The translations under genes and the position numbers were made by a program. From Candidatus Mcinerneyibacterium aminivorans (GTDB lineage Bacteria > Macinerneyibacteriota > Macinerneyibacteria > Macinerneyibacteriales > Macinerneyibacteriaceae), in NCBI GenBank assembly GCA_008086245.1, contig VSIX01000032.1, positions 25,742-89,741 on the forward strand: DNA of 64,000 bases, in the 5' to 3' direction. The notes below the pieces were generated by a model. It did not search any database, was not told where the DNA came from, and was given only the letters and a program-made list of their open reading frames with translations. Shown here one piece after another: positions 50,269 through 60,190 of the stretch; within the stretch, counting starts at the first letter, position 1; each line of letters opens with the position of its first letter.

Positions 50269-50960
50269 TGAATGTGATAACAGTGTCTAGAGAATATGGT
50301 CTTTTTGTTGAGGATCTTTTAAAGGATTTTGCCAGGGATAATGATATGAATATTTTTTCCCATCAACTGCTTATGGAAGTTGCAAAAAAAATTGATGAAC
50401 CTATAGAAAAGCTTGAAAACTTATATTCTATGGAAAAATTCAAATCTTTTAAAATATTTCTTACAGAAATGCTTCAATCTATGACAGAAGCATCTTCTTT
50501 ATTTGTTGAAAGTTCACAGATGGATTCTCCTATATTTTTCCCACTGTTTTATCCCACTTCGTCTAAAAAGGATGATCTGGAAAAAATTGAAAATAGGGAA
50601 TCCTATATTGATTTAATGAGAAAAGTTATAATAGATACTTATAAAAAAGGAAATGTTATAATTATTGGACGAGGAGCCCAGATCGTACTACGTGATTACA
50701 AAAAGGTAAGACATTTAAGATTCGTGGGTAGTTGCGAAAAGCAGATTGAACGAGTAATGGATAAGCTTGATTTGGAAAAAGAGGAAGCTATTAATAAGAT
50801 TAAAACAATTAATAAGCGAAGAAAAGATTATATAAGTTATTTTTATGATGAAGATATAAATGATAATTCACTTTATCATTTTATAGTTAATGTTGATAGG
50901 TTAGGCAAAGATAATCTTTATGGTTTTTTAAAACATTTAGCAGGAGGTAGAAATGGATGA
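50268..50960 (+). CDS. Cytidylate kinase-like family protein
   Basis: VITVSREYG, VIIIGRGAQ, RR..Y...Y......LYH. Confidence 0.8.
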   Translation: MNVITVSREYGLFVEDLLKDFARDNDMNIFSHQLLMEVAKKIDEPIEKLENLYSMEKFKSFKIFLTEMLQSMTEASSLFVESSQMDSPIFFPLFYPTSSKKDDLEKIENRESYIDLMRKVIIDTYKKGNVIIIGRGAQIVLRDYKKVRHLRFVGSCEKQIERVMDKLDLEKEEAINKIKTINKRRKDYISYFYDEDINDNSLYHFIVNVDRLGKDNLYGFLKHLAGGRNG

Positions 50961-51183
50961 TGATATAAAGAAAAAATTATTAAAAAAAGATACCGAATTT
51001 AGTGAAAGACTTGAATATTTGATCAGAGATGTAGATATAATAGAAAAAGATGTTCGGGATATAGAAACTGATCTTCATGATATGTTCAAGGAATTTGAAG
51101 AGATAAAAAAATTGATTAAAAATAAAGAAAATAATAAAAAACAAAATAAAATATTCGATAAAAAGGATGATAGTAAAAAATAA
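50953..51183 (+). CDS. Small coiled-coil hypothetical protein (paralogue of 54659-54823)
   Basis: AGGAGG RBS; heptad pattern; FSERLEYLIRD. Confidence 0.65.
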   Translation: MDDDIKKKLLKKDTEFSERLEYLIRDVDIIEKDVRDIETDLHDMFKEFEEIKKLIKNKENNKKQNKIFDKKDDSKK

Positions 51184-52930
51184 TTTCAAAAACCTATTTT
51201 ATGTATTTTTTTTAGTATTTAGTTTTACCTCTATTAGCAATGCTAATTTTGTTTTTGGTAAACCTTATTATAATAGACATGAGATAATTAAGGTTTATAC
51301 AGATAATAAAAGGGCAGAACATCTAAAAGTATTTAAAAATGACAGCCGGTTTTCTCCCTTTGAGGATATGGAAAAAATACATTTTCAGCAAATAGATGTT
51401 GATCTTAAGGTTGCCTATATCCCGCTGGGATTCAATCCCCCAACAGGTAGTTATGAAATAAAATTTTATTCATCAAAAAAGTTGCTCGAAACTAAAAAAA
51501 TTAGTGTATATCCCAGAAAAATAGAAAAAATAAATCCTCCATTTCATTCATTTACCGTTGAATATGGTGGGAATCTTAATAAAATCAAGGTTGGAGTACC
51601 TTCAAAAAAAGGGTACAGCAATGAAAAGATAAAGGAGCTTTTACAGTATTTAAATATAGATAATTTATTTTTTATGGTAGGGCAAACTAATGCAAAATTA
51701 AAAGAAGTTCATAAGGATAACCCCTGGATTCCTGAAAATTTAACAAGCTGGAAGAAATTTAACACTAAATTTAAAGATGATTTTACAACCGGAGGATATG
51801 TTGGTTGTTTTCTATGTTTTGGACCTGCAATTTCAAAATTTCCGCAGTATGAATTTTCCTATGATTATTCTTTTGACTATGGTCTTTACCGTTCAAATTT
51901 CATTTCAATTGATGATTCAAACCGGATAAAAGATATTAGCAAATTGGTTCAAAAGATAGATGATGATAAAGATGTTGAATTCGTGGGACTGGATTATATA
52001 CGAGCAGGCCAGGGAGGTTTTGAAAATTACAAAGAATTCATAACAATATTTAATTTGGATCTACCCGGAAAAAGCAAAAGGGAAAAAATTCTGCAACTTG
52101 CAAAATCCGTTAAAAATGATAGAAAACCAAATATTAAAAAAAAGTGGGAGTATTTTAGAGCATATAAAACCTCACAGGTGATAGAAAGCATGGCTAATGC
52201 TGTAGATAAGACTATTTGGGTATTTACTCTTGGATGGGAACAGGGACATAATCATGGGCAGGATCCCATAATGTTTACAGATGCTGGTGCAGATGTTATT
52301 TTTGTTATGTTATATGAAGCCACTCATTCTGAATATGAAGATATGATGCAAAGCTGGGAAAAATATCTTGCCAAAACTGAAAATTTACAGCTTGTAATTG
52401 GTCAGGATATCGATTATCCATTAAACGATAATCCTCAAATTAGAAAATCTGGTCCTGAAGAAATGCTAAAAAGATATAAAAAAGCCTACAAAGTATTTTC
52501 CATTAATGATAATTTAAAGGGGTTTTTTCTGCACGATCTGGTAAGGGCTTTTTACGGTAGATTATATCCCTATCAGAGTAAAGAATGGCTTTATTCGGCC
52601 GGCTCTGCTCTTACCTACTTCAATATTAACAGTGATGAATACAATTTTAGTATTAGTGCAGAGAAAACGGGAAGAAATATTTACTTTACGGTAAAAAATG
52701 AATATAATAATAGTATAAAACTAGAAAGAGTTACATTTCGTCCTGGATACTGGAATAAATATCAGTATCAGGATATTGTTATAGAACCCGAAAGTGAAGC
52801 AATATTTGAACTTCCTTACAGGTATTACCACAGAAAAATGGAGAGGCAGTATATTACAATGATTTTTAAATTTGATAATAAAAATTTTTTTAAGACACTT
52901 TATTTTGATTCAATTAAATATAATAAATGA
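51167..52930 (+). CDS. Secreted hypothetical protein, possibly glycoside-hydrolase-like TIM barrel
   Basis: Signal peptide (SNA); 'VGLDYIR', 'HGQDP', 'VMLYE' resemble GHL10/DUF4015-type barrel motifs. Confidence 0.5.
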   Translation: MIVKNNFKNLFYVFFLVFSFTSISNANFVFGKPYYNRHEIIKVYTDNKRAEHLKVFKNDSRFSPFEDMEKIHFQQIDVDLKVAYIPLGFNPPTGSYEIKFYSSKKLLETKKISVYPRKIEKINPPFHSFTVEYGGNLNKIKVGVPSKKGYSNEKIKELLQYLNIDNLFFMVGQTNAKLKEVHKDNPWIPENLTSWKKFNTKFKDDFTTGGYVGCFLCFGPAISKFPQYEFSYDYSFDYGLYRSNFISIDDSNRIKDISKLVQKIDDDKDVEFVGLDYIRAGQGGFENYKEFITIFNLDLPGKSKREKILQLAKSVKNDRKPNIKKKWEYFRAYKTSQVIESMANAVDKTIWVFTLGWEQGHNHGQDPIMFTDAGADVIFVMLYEATHSEYEDMMQSWEKYLAKTENLQLVIGQDIDYPLNDNPQIRKSGPEEMLKRYKKAYKVFSINDNLKGFFLHDLVRAFYGRLYPYQSKEWLYSAGSALTYFNINSDEYNFSISAEKTGRNIYFTVKNEYNNSIKLERVTFRPGYWNKYQYQDIVIEPESEAIFELPYRYYHRKMERQYITMIFKFDNKNFFKTLYFDSIKYNK

Positions 52931-52941
52931 GGAGTTTGGTT

Positions 52942-54144
52942 ATGGATAAAAGAAATATATTGATTGGAGTAAGCGGGGGTATTGCAGTATATAAAGTTGC
53001 CTATCTAATAAGATTATATAAAAAGAATAATTTTAATGTAAAAGTTGTAATGTCGGAGAATGCAGCTGAATTTGTTTCCCCTGTAACTTTTGAAACACTT
53101 TCTGAAAATCCTGTCTATATGGATACCTTTAAGTTAAACCATAATTCAGAAAAAAATGGATTTATTCCGCATATACATCTTTCAGATTATGCAGATATTT
53201 TTGTTTTAGCGCCTGCAACTGCAAATATTTTGGGGAAAATAGCAAATGGAATTGCCGATGATATATTGTCCACGACTGCAATAGCATTGAAAAGAAAAAT
53301 TCCCAAATTAATTTTTCCCGCTATGAATATTAACATGTATGAAAATCCGATAAATCAGAAAAATATTGAGAAATTAAAAAACAATGGTTATAAAGTTTTT
53401 GAACCTGGGGAGGGTGAACTGGCATGTGGTGTAGAGGCCAAGGGGAGATTGATCCCCGAAAAGGATATTTTTGAATTAACAAAAAAATATCTAAAAAAAC
53501 AAAAATTGAAGGGAAAAAAAATACTTGTGACATCAGGTGCAACTATAGAACCGATTGATCCCGTAAGATATATTACAAATCATTCCACAGGAAAAATGGG
53601 AAATTCCCTAGCAAAGGTATGCTGGAGTTATGGAGCGGATGTTGATCTTGTTAGTGGTAGATATGGGAGGAAAGTTTCTTTAATTAATCAGTATTATGTT
53701 GATAAAGGTGAAGATATGTGGAGAAAAATTGATAACTTAATCTCTAATAAAGATTATGATTATATTATAATGGCTTCAGCAGTTTCAGATTATAAAGTAA
53801 ATGAAATTAAAAAACAAAAAATTAAAAAAAAGAGTAAGCAGTTAGCCCTGAAAATGGAAAAAACAAGAGATATAATAAAATCAATAAAAGAGAAATATGA
53901 TATCCCGGTTATAGGTTTTGCTGCTGAAACAGAAAATATTAAAGATAATGCCAAAAAAAAGTTAAAAGAGAAAGGTTTATTTGCAATAGTTGCCAATGAT
54001 GTTTCAAGAGATGATATAGGTTTTGGAAGTGATGAAAACCAGTGCACAATTATAATGGAGGACAAAATTATTGAAACAGATAAATTAAGCAAGTATGAAA
54101 TTGCTGAACAAATTGTATCAGTGATTGAAGGAGGAGAAAAATGA
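52942..54144 (+). CDS. coaBC: Phosphopantothenoylcysteine decarboxylase/ligase
   Basis: GVSGGIAVYK, APATAN, PAMN..M, GELACG, T.EPIDPVRYITNHSTGKMG, GFAAET. Confidence 0.96.
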   Translation: MDKRNILIGVSGGIAVYKVAYLIRLYKKNNFNVKVVMSENAAEFVSPVTFETLSENPVYMDTFKLNHNSEKNGFIPHIHLSDYADIFVLAPATANILGKIANGIADDILSTTAIALKRKIPKLIFPAMNINMYENPINQKNIEKLKNNGYKVFEPGEGELACGVEAKGRLIPEKDIFELTKKYLKKQKLKGKKILVTSGATIEPIDPVRYITNHSTGKMGNSLAKVCWSYGADVDLVSGRYGRKVSLINQYYVDKGEDMWRKIDNLISNKDYDYIIMASAVSDYKVNEIKKQKIKKKSKQLALKMEKTRDIIKSIKEKYDIPVIGFAAETENIKDNAKKKLKEKGLFAIVANDVSRDDIGFGSDENQCTIIMEDKIIETDKLSKYEIAEQIVSVIEGGEK

Positions 54145-54644
54145 GAATAGGTTTAATAACTGATACCCATGAAAACACTGATACAATTAAATGGGCAGTT
54201 AGAAAGGCGAATAATAGCAATCTGGATCTGTTTATTCATCTTGGTGATATAATATCTCCTATTATGTACCGTTATTTTAAAAATATAAACAGCAAATATC
54301 TTTTTCTTTATGGAAATAATGATGGAGAGAGGCAATGGTTAAAAGAAAAATTCATTAATATTTATGAACCACCTTACATTTTAAATAAAAATAATATGAA
54401 ATTTTATCTTACCCATATCGATACGGACTGGGATGAAGTTATTGAAAAAGAAAATCCTGATTTTATATTTTACGGGCATACGCATAAATTTAATCTTGAG
54501 AAAAGAAAGGATACAGTGATTTTTAATCCAGGTGAAGCCTGCGGGTTACTTGAAAATCTACATAACTTTGCTATAGTGGATTTAAGAAAAAATTCTATTA
54601 AAGTTTTAAAAAAATTTGATGATAGCAGGGAATATAAATTTTAA
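54141..54644 (+). CDS. YfcE/MJ0936 family metallophosphoesterase
   Basis: DTH, HLGD, GNND, GHTH, NPG. Confidence 0.9.
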   Translation: MRIGLITDTHENTDTIKWAVRKANNSNLDLFIHLGDIISPIMYRYFKNINSKYLFLYGNNDGERQWLKEKFINIYEPPYILNKNNMKFYLTHIDTDWDEVIEKENPDFIFYGHTHKFNLEKRKDTVIFNPGEACGLLENLHNFAIVDLRKNSIKVLKKFDDSREYKF

Positions 54645-54658
54645 ATGAAAGGGGAAAA

Positions 54659-54823
54659 ATGGGAATTGATAAGAAACAACTTGCAGAAATAGAGAATCGT
54701 TTTAGTGAAAGAAGTGAATATTTATCAAGAGATCTTGATATGATAATAAAAAATCTTAATGATATTAAAGATAGTGTTGTTAATCTGTCTACAGAAATTG
54801 AAAATATGAAGAAAAACACATGA
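54659..54823 (+). CDS. 54-aa coiled-coil protein missing from the ORF track
   Basis: AAGGGG RBS; MGIDKKQLAEIENRFSERSEYLSRDLDMIIKNLNDIKDSVVNLSTEIENMKKNT; fills the operon gap; similar to 50953-51183. Confidence 0.7.
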   Translation: MGIDKKQLAEIENRFSERSEYLSRDLDMIIKNLNDIKDSVVNLSTEIENMKKNT

Positions 54824-54826
54824 ATA

Positions 54827-56521
54827 ATGAAGATACATCGCTTCTTCTTTTTAATATTTTTTTTAATATTTAATTTCATTATTATCTTCAGTGAATCGGA
54901 AATAAATTTTAACAAACTTTATAGTGAATATAAATTTGATAAAATATTATACTTATATGATAATAAAACTAAAGAATATGATTTAGATGATATTTTCATC
55001 ATTGCTAATACTTTAAATAGAAAGGGAAGAAAAAAAGAAGCAAAAAACCTTTATGAAGAGCTATTGGAAAAAAACTATAGTAATGAAAATTATCTTTACA
55101 AATTATGGAACATACTTGATGAAAAAGAGAAAAATAAATTTTTTAAATTTACATTGAAAAACTATCCAAATAATAATTTTATAATTCATCGATATCTGGA
55201 TTATCTGGAAACAAATCGGAAATATGATAGATTAATCTATTTTATCGAAAAAAACGTTATAAATTTTAACAATCCAAATATTAATTATGTAAAAAAACTA
55301 ATCAATTTATATTTGCAGAGGGGAATTTTTGAAGACAAATACAGTTACTTTAAAGAAAAAAATTCTATCTTTACTCTGTATTTATCGATTGTTGCAGATG
55401 ATAGAAGTTATCTTGCAAGTAATTTCCAAAATGTTGATAGCAGGATAAAAGATAAGTTAATTAGGTTCATTTTGCAGAATAGAAAATTTTTGTTTCTAAA
55501 GGGTTTTAAAAATAACTTGAATCAGGAAAAATATACTATTTTATTTGAAGTTTTGAATGAAGATAGTGAAGTTGATTTTAGTAAAACTTCCAAGAATGAT
55601 TTGAAATTTATTTTGAATTCCTGTATGGAATATGAAAAATTTGAAAAAGCCGATGAAATATTAAATAAAATTAATGTGAAAGATAATGAGTTTCTGATTA
55701 TTAGAGCTAAGTTAGCGATATTCAAAGAAAACTATTTAAAGGCTTTTAATTTATTAAAAAATAAATATAAAAGTGATAATTATTTTAATTCCAGATTGAT
55801 GCGGGACCTTTTGGATAAAATAGATTTAAAAAGTGTATCTTTAGATAATGATAAATTTCTTGATCGATTAATAAACATAATGATTAATAAAAGAAATTAT
55901 AATAATATTGTAAAGATTATTCCAAAAATAAAAAAAGATCAAAAAAAGATAGCATTACTTTCCTTAATGAAAAATAGAATTAAATATGAGAAATGGCGGG
56001 AACTGATAAAATATATTAACAAAGAAACTGTTATAAAGAGATTTGCTCCAATGTTAGTAATCCATCAGGATAAATATCTGTCTAATAATTTGGAGTTTAT
56101 TAAGGATTTGCAGGGATTAAAAAATAAAAATTCACTAATAGGAGATGTTTATTTTTTTCTTAAAAAGGATAATGATAATGCTTTAAAGTATTATAATAAA
56201 ATTAAGTTTAAACCTGAAAAATTCTATAAATTATTTATGTATTATTTAATTAATCATAATTATTCTGAAATAAAAGATATTCTAAAAAAAGAAGTTTACA
56301 AGTATAAAGGATTTTATATACTGATAGGTGATTATTATATTTTAAATAAAAAAGAGAAGAGGGCTATTAAGTATTATAACGGAGCGCTTGATAATGTTCC
56401 TTCTATGCTAAGAGATGAACTGCATAGAAGATTTTATTTTTATCATAAGGGAAATTTTGATAAACTAAGAACGCAGTTAACGATTTTAAATGAAAGAAAA
56501 AATTATATAATTTGGAGGTAG
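54827..56521 (+). CDS. Secreted/membrane-anchored TPR-like hypothetical protein
   Basis: N-terminal hydrophobic segment; TPR-like 'IGD.Y......A.KYY' motifs. Confidence 0.6.
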   Translation: MKIHRFFFLIFFLIFNFIIIFSESEINFNKLYSEYKFDKILYLYDNKTKEYDLDDIFIIANTLNRKGRKKEAKNLYEELLEKNYSNENYLYKLWNILDEKEKNKFFKFTLKNYPNNNFIIHRYLDYLETNRKYDRLIYFIEKNVINFNNPNINYVKKLINLYLQRGIFEDKYSYFKEKNSIFTLYLSIVADDRSYLASNFQNVDSRIKDKLIRFILQNRKFLFLKGFKNNLNQEKYTILFEVLNEDSEVDFSKTSKNDLKFILNSCMEYEKFEKADEILNKINVKDNEFLIIRAKLAIFKENYLKAFNLLKNKYKSDNYFNSRLMRDLLDKIDLKSVSLDNDKFLDRLINIMINKRNYNNIVKIIPKIKKDQKKIALLSLMKNRIKYEKWRELIKYINKETVIKRFAPMLVIHQDKYLSNNLEFIKDLQGLKNKNSLIGDVYFFLKKDNDNALKYYNKIKFKPEKFYKLFMYYLINHNYSEIKDILKKEVYKYKGFYILIGDYYILNKKEKRAIKYYNGALDNVPSMLRDELHRRFYFYHKGNFDKLRTQLTILNERKNYIIWR

Positions 56522-56523
56522 AA

Positions 56524-57822
56524 ATGGCTTATTTCGAAGTTGAAGGTAAAGCCCTGTTAAAAGGAAAATTAATTCCATCAGGTAATAAAAATGAAGCATT
56601 ACCTGTTATAGCTGCTACATTACTTACCAATGAAGATATAATTCTGGAAAATGTACCTGCTATTAATGATGTTAAGGTATTACTGGATATTATTGGAAGT
56701 ATTGGAGCAGAAATAGAGTATGTTGATGAACATAAAATAAAAATTAATACTTCAGGTGTAGAGAGATATGATATTTTAAACAGTCTTGGAGGGAAGATTA
56801 GAGGGTCACTTCCACTAATTGCAGCACTATTATCAAAATTGAATAAAGTTTTTTTTCCTATTCCAGGGGGGGATAAAATTGGAAGAAGAAGATTGGATAC
56901 CCACTTATTAGTTTTAAAAAAATTAGGAGTAGAGTATACATACGATACTGATACAGATAAGCTCAAATTTTTTGCTGAAAATGGTTTAAAAGGTAATTAT
57001 ATTTTGCTTGATGAGGCAAGCGTGACAGCAACAGAAAATGCAATTATTGGAGCTGTTTTAGCAGAAGGTGAAACTTCTATTTATAATGCGGCCTGTGAGC
57101 CGCATATACAGGGACTCTGTAAATTTCTTAATTCAATTGGCGCCAAAATTAAAGGTATAGGAACAAATTTATTAAACATTAAAGGAGTAGATAATCTCGG
57201 TGGTGGTAGATATAAAATCCAGGATGATTATATTGAAGTAGGAAGCTTTATGGGACTCGCTGCTGTTACAGGCGGCGAAATTACACTAAAAGATGTTTAT
57301 AGAAGTAAAACTGACTATATTTCAATTATTGGAAGAGAATTTAAAAGGATAGGGTTGAATTTTAAAAGAAAAGGAGATGATTTATATATTCCTCCTAATC
57401 AAAATATGGAAATTCAGCCGGATTTTAGAAATAAAATTCCAAAAATCGGTGATGGAACATGGCCTAAATTTCCGGCTGATTTAATTTCAATAATGATTGT
57501 TTCTGCAACACAATCCAAGGGAAGTATTATTATTCATGAAAAGATGTTTGAAAGCAGAATGTTTTTTGTTGATAAATTGATTTCTATGGGTGCTAGAGTT
57601 GTTCTGTGCGATCCCCATAGAGTTGTGGTAAACGGACCATCAAAATTATACGGGGCTGAAGTAGTCAGTCCTGATATTCGAGCAGGGATATCTCTATTAT
57701 TGGCAGCCATGGGAGCAGAAGGCAAATCTATTATTAGAAATATTTATCAGATAGATAGGGGATATGAAAAAATAGATAAAAGATTAAATAAAATAGGTGC
57801 AAAAATTATGAGAAAAGGTTAG
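56524..57822 (+). CDS. murA: UDP-N-acetylglucosamine 1-carboxyvinyltransferase (Asp-type active site)
   Basis: GNKN..LP, PGGDKIGRR.LDTH, SVTATEN, NAACEPH, HEKMFESR, PDIRAG, IDRGYE. Confidence 0.96.
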   Translation: MAYFEVEGKALLKGKLIPSGNKNEALPVIAATLLTNEDIILENVPAINDVKVLLDIIGSIGAEIEYVDEHKIKINTSGVERYDILNSLGGKIRGSLPLIAALLSKLNKVFFPIPGGDKIGRRRLDTHLLVLKKLGVEYTYDTDTDKLKFFAENGLKGNYILLDEASVTATENAIIGAVLAEGETSIYNAACEPHIQGLCKFLNSIGAKIKGIGTNLLNIKGVDNLGGGRYKIQDDYIEVGSFMGLAAVTGGEITLKDVYRSKTDYISIIGREFKRIGLNFKRKGDDLYIPPNQNMEIQPDFRNKIPKIGDGTWPKFPADLISIMIVSATQSKGSIIIHEKMFESRMFFVDKLISMGARVVLCDPHRVVVNGPSKLYGAEVVSPDIRAGISLLLAAMGAEGKSIIRNIYQIDRGYEKIDKRLNKIGAKIMRKG

Positions 57823-57825
57823 AGT

Positions 57826-58173
57826 ATGAGAATTATTAGAGGAGCTATAAATTTAAAAAAGAATTCCAAAAAAGAAATAAAACACTGTACTGAAAAATTG
57901 ATGAATGAAATAGTAAAAAAAGAAAAGTTAAAGGAAAGAGATATTTATTCAATTATTATTTCTGTTACTAAAGATATAACTAAAAAAAATCCCTGTACTA
58001 TCGTTAGAAAAATGGGATTTGTAAATACTGCACTTATGGGAGTACAGGAGATGCAAATAGAAAAAAGCATGCCTTTAACTATAAGGTTTTTGATTCATTC
58101 CAGGGGCAAAGATTCGACTAAATTTTATTATCTTAAGGATACAGCTAAATTAAGGGGAGAAAGTGAAAAATAA
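57826..58173 (+). CDS. aroH: AroH-type chorismate mutase
   Basis: MR.IRGA, SII.SVT.DI...P....R, QEM.I...MP..IR.LIH, YYL...KLR. Confidence 0.82.
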   Translation: MRIIRGAINLKKNSKKEIKHCTEKLMNEIVKKEKLKERDIYSIIISVTKDITKKNPCTIVRKMGFVNTALMGVQEMQIEKSMPLTIRFLIHSRGKDSTKFYYLKDTAKLRGESEK

Positions 58174-58897
58174 AAAATCATTTTTTATATATGGACCCTG
58201 CTCAATTGATACTGAAGCAAATTTGGAGTATATAGCCAGAAATTTAAAAGAAATGGGTGTTAAGTATCTAAGAGGAGGAGCATTTAAACCTAGAACTTCA
58301 CCTTATACATTTAAAGGGTTGAATTATGCAGGCTTAAAAATATTAAAAAGGGTGTCTAAAAAATATAATCTTAAATCTGTATCTGAAATATTGGATGTAT
58401 CATATCTTAAATATTTTGAAGAAAATATTGATGTTATACAGCTGGGAGCGAGAAACATGCAAAATTTTACTCTTCTTGAAGAAGTGGGGAAATTGAATAA
58501 ACCAATAATTATAAAAAGAGGGTTTATGTCTACAATTAAGGAACTTTTATACTCTATTGAGTATATCCTTCAGCAGGGAAATGACAATATTATAATATGC
58601 GAGAGAGGTATAAGAACTTTTCAACAGGAAAGCAGATTTAGTTTGGATATTACATCAATTTTTGCTCTAAAGGAAAAAACAAATTTTCCTGTAATTGTTG
58701 ATCCATCCCATAGCACCGGAAATGCTAATTGGATAATGAATGCCTCCTTTGGAGTTATGGCAGCAGGAGCAGATGGGTTAATGATAGAAACACATCAAAA
58801 TCCATTTGTTTCCCTTTCCGATGCAGACCAAATTATTTCTTTGGAGAAATTAAAAAAACTGCATCAAAAAGTTATTGAAATTCAAAAAATATTATGA
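58163..58897 (+). CDS. aroF: DAHP synthase type I-beta, catalytic barrel only
   Basis: GPCS, RGGAFKPRTSPY.F.G, Q.GARNMQNF.LL, KRG, CERGIRTF, VDPSH. Confidence 0.9.
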   Translation: MKNKKSFFIYGPCSIDTEANLEYIARNLKEMGVKYLRGGAFKPRTSPYTFKGLNYAGLKILKRVSKKYNLKSVSEILDVSYLKYFEENIDVIQLGARNMQNFTLLEEVGKLNKPIIIKRGFMSTIKELLYSIEYILQQGNDNIIICERGIRTFQQESRFSLDITSIFALKEKTNFPVIVDPSHSTGNANWIMNASFGVMAAGADGLMIETHQNPFVSLSDADQIISLEKLKKLHQKVIEIQKIL

Positions 58898-59529
58898 ATG
58901 ATATAATTTATCTGATTTCAGGGTCTCCAGAAATAGATTTTGAATATTTAAAGAGTTTAAACCTTAATAAGAAGAAGGTTTATGCGATTGATTCTGGCTA
59001 TAAAATATGTAATAGACTAAAAATTATACCTAAAAAAATAATTGGAGATTTCGATTCATCTTCTTATAAAAAGGTTGTTTCTATGTATGATGAAGAAAAA
59101 GTTTTTAAATATCCTAAAAAGAAGAATAAATCCGATACTGAATTGGGAATTGATATGGCTTTAAGTAACGGGTATAAAAAAATTATAGTTTTAAATGCAA
59201 CAGGGGGTAGAATTGATCATGAATTTTTTAATATTTTTTTGCTTTTAAAAAGTCCAGGTAAAATTGTAGTTCAGAATAAACTGGCAGAAATGTATGCCAT
59301 TAAAAAACAAATTATTAATAAGATTAAATTAAAAAAAGGTCAATATTTTTCATTGCTTCCTCTTTCTGAGATAAAAAACCTTTCTATAAAGAATGCGGAA
59401 TATGAGTTAGAAAATAAAGATATCCAGTTAAATTCTTTAACCCTGAGTAATAGGGCACTATCAAATAATTTAGAAATACATTTTGATGAAGGAAAACTCC
59501 TTATATATATATTGAAAGGAAAAAAATAG
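58894..59529 (+). CDS. thiN: Thiamine pyrophosphokinase
   Basis: AIDSG, IGDFDS, K..SDTEL, ATGGRIDH, LSN. Confidence 0.92.
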   Translation: MNDIIYLISGSPEIDFEYLKSLNLNKKKVYAIDSGYKICNRLKIIPKKIIGDFDSSSYKKVVSMYDEEKVFKYPKKKNKSDTELGIDMALSNGYKKIIVLNATGGRIDHEFFNIFLLLKSPGKIVVQNKLAEMYAIKKQIINKIKLKKGQYFSLLPLSEIKNLSIKNAEYELENKDIQLNSLTLSNRALSNNLEIHFDEGKLLIYILKGKK

Positions 59530-59530
59530 T

Positions 59531-60190
59531 ATGATGAATCCTTTTGAAGAAAAAGAAGTTGCAGAAAATTATGATGGATGGTATCAAACAAAAGTAGGAT
59601 ATATTTATGATTATCTTGAGAAAAAAACTATAGCCAATCTGCTTAAACATAAAAAAAGAGGAAGGATGTTGGAAATTGGAAGTGGTACCGGACACTGGAG
59701 TAGGTTTTTTTCTAAAATGGGGTTTGAAGTGATAGGAGTGGAAAAATCAAAACATATGTATGATATTTCTAAACGAAAAAGAATAAAAAATGCAAATTTT
59801 CTTAATGAAGATATTTTTAATTATAATCCCGATAAAAAATTTGACTGTGCCGCTTTTATTACTACCTTGGAGTTTCTGGAAAATGATAAAAAAGCAGTTA
59901 ACCATGTAATCAATTTGCTGGCAGATAATGGGTTTATTCTATTTGGAGTATTAAATAAGAATTCTTTTCTGGGGCAGCAGAGAAAGAAAGAAAAAAATAT
60001 TTTTACTGATGCAAGATTTTATACACAGGATGAAATAAAAGAGATATTTGATCCCCATGGAGAGATAACTATAAAAACGTGTGCCTATCCTTCCCCTAAA
60101 TTTATTAATTATTATGCTATAATTGAATTAATAAAAAAAATGTTTAATTTTAAAAATGGCAATTTTATTGCTGGAAGGGTGGATCTATGA
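59531..60190 (+). CDS. Class I SAM-dependent methyltransferase
   Basis: YDGWYQT..G, LEIGSGTG, ITTLEF. Confidence 0.88.
   Translation: MMNPFEEKEVAENYDGWYQTKVGYIYDYLEKKTIANLLKHKKRGRMLEIGSGTGHWSRFFSKMGFEVIGVEKSKHMYDISKRKRIKNANFLNEDIFNYNPDKKFDCAAFITTLEFLENDKKAVNHVINLLADNGFILFGVLNKNSFLGQQRKKEKNIFTDARFYTQDEIKEIFDPHGEITIKTCAYPSPKFINYYAIIELIKKMFNFKNGNFIAGRVDL

Noticed and set aside
54598-54915. 105-aa minus-strand ORF
   Set aside because: It is the antisense shadow of the + strand 54-aa gene and its neighbours, which have RBS and paralogue support.
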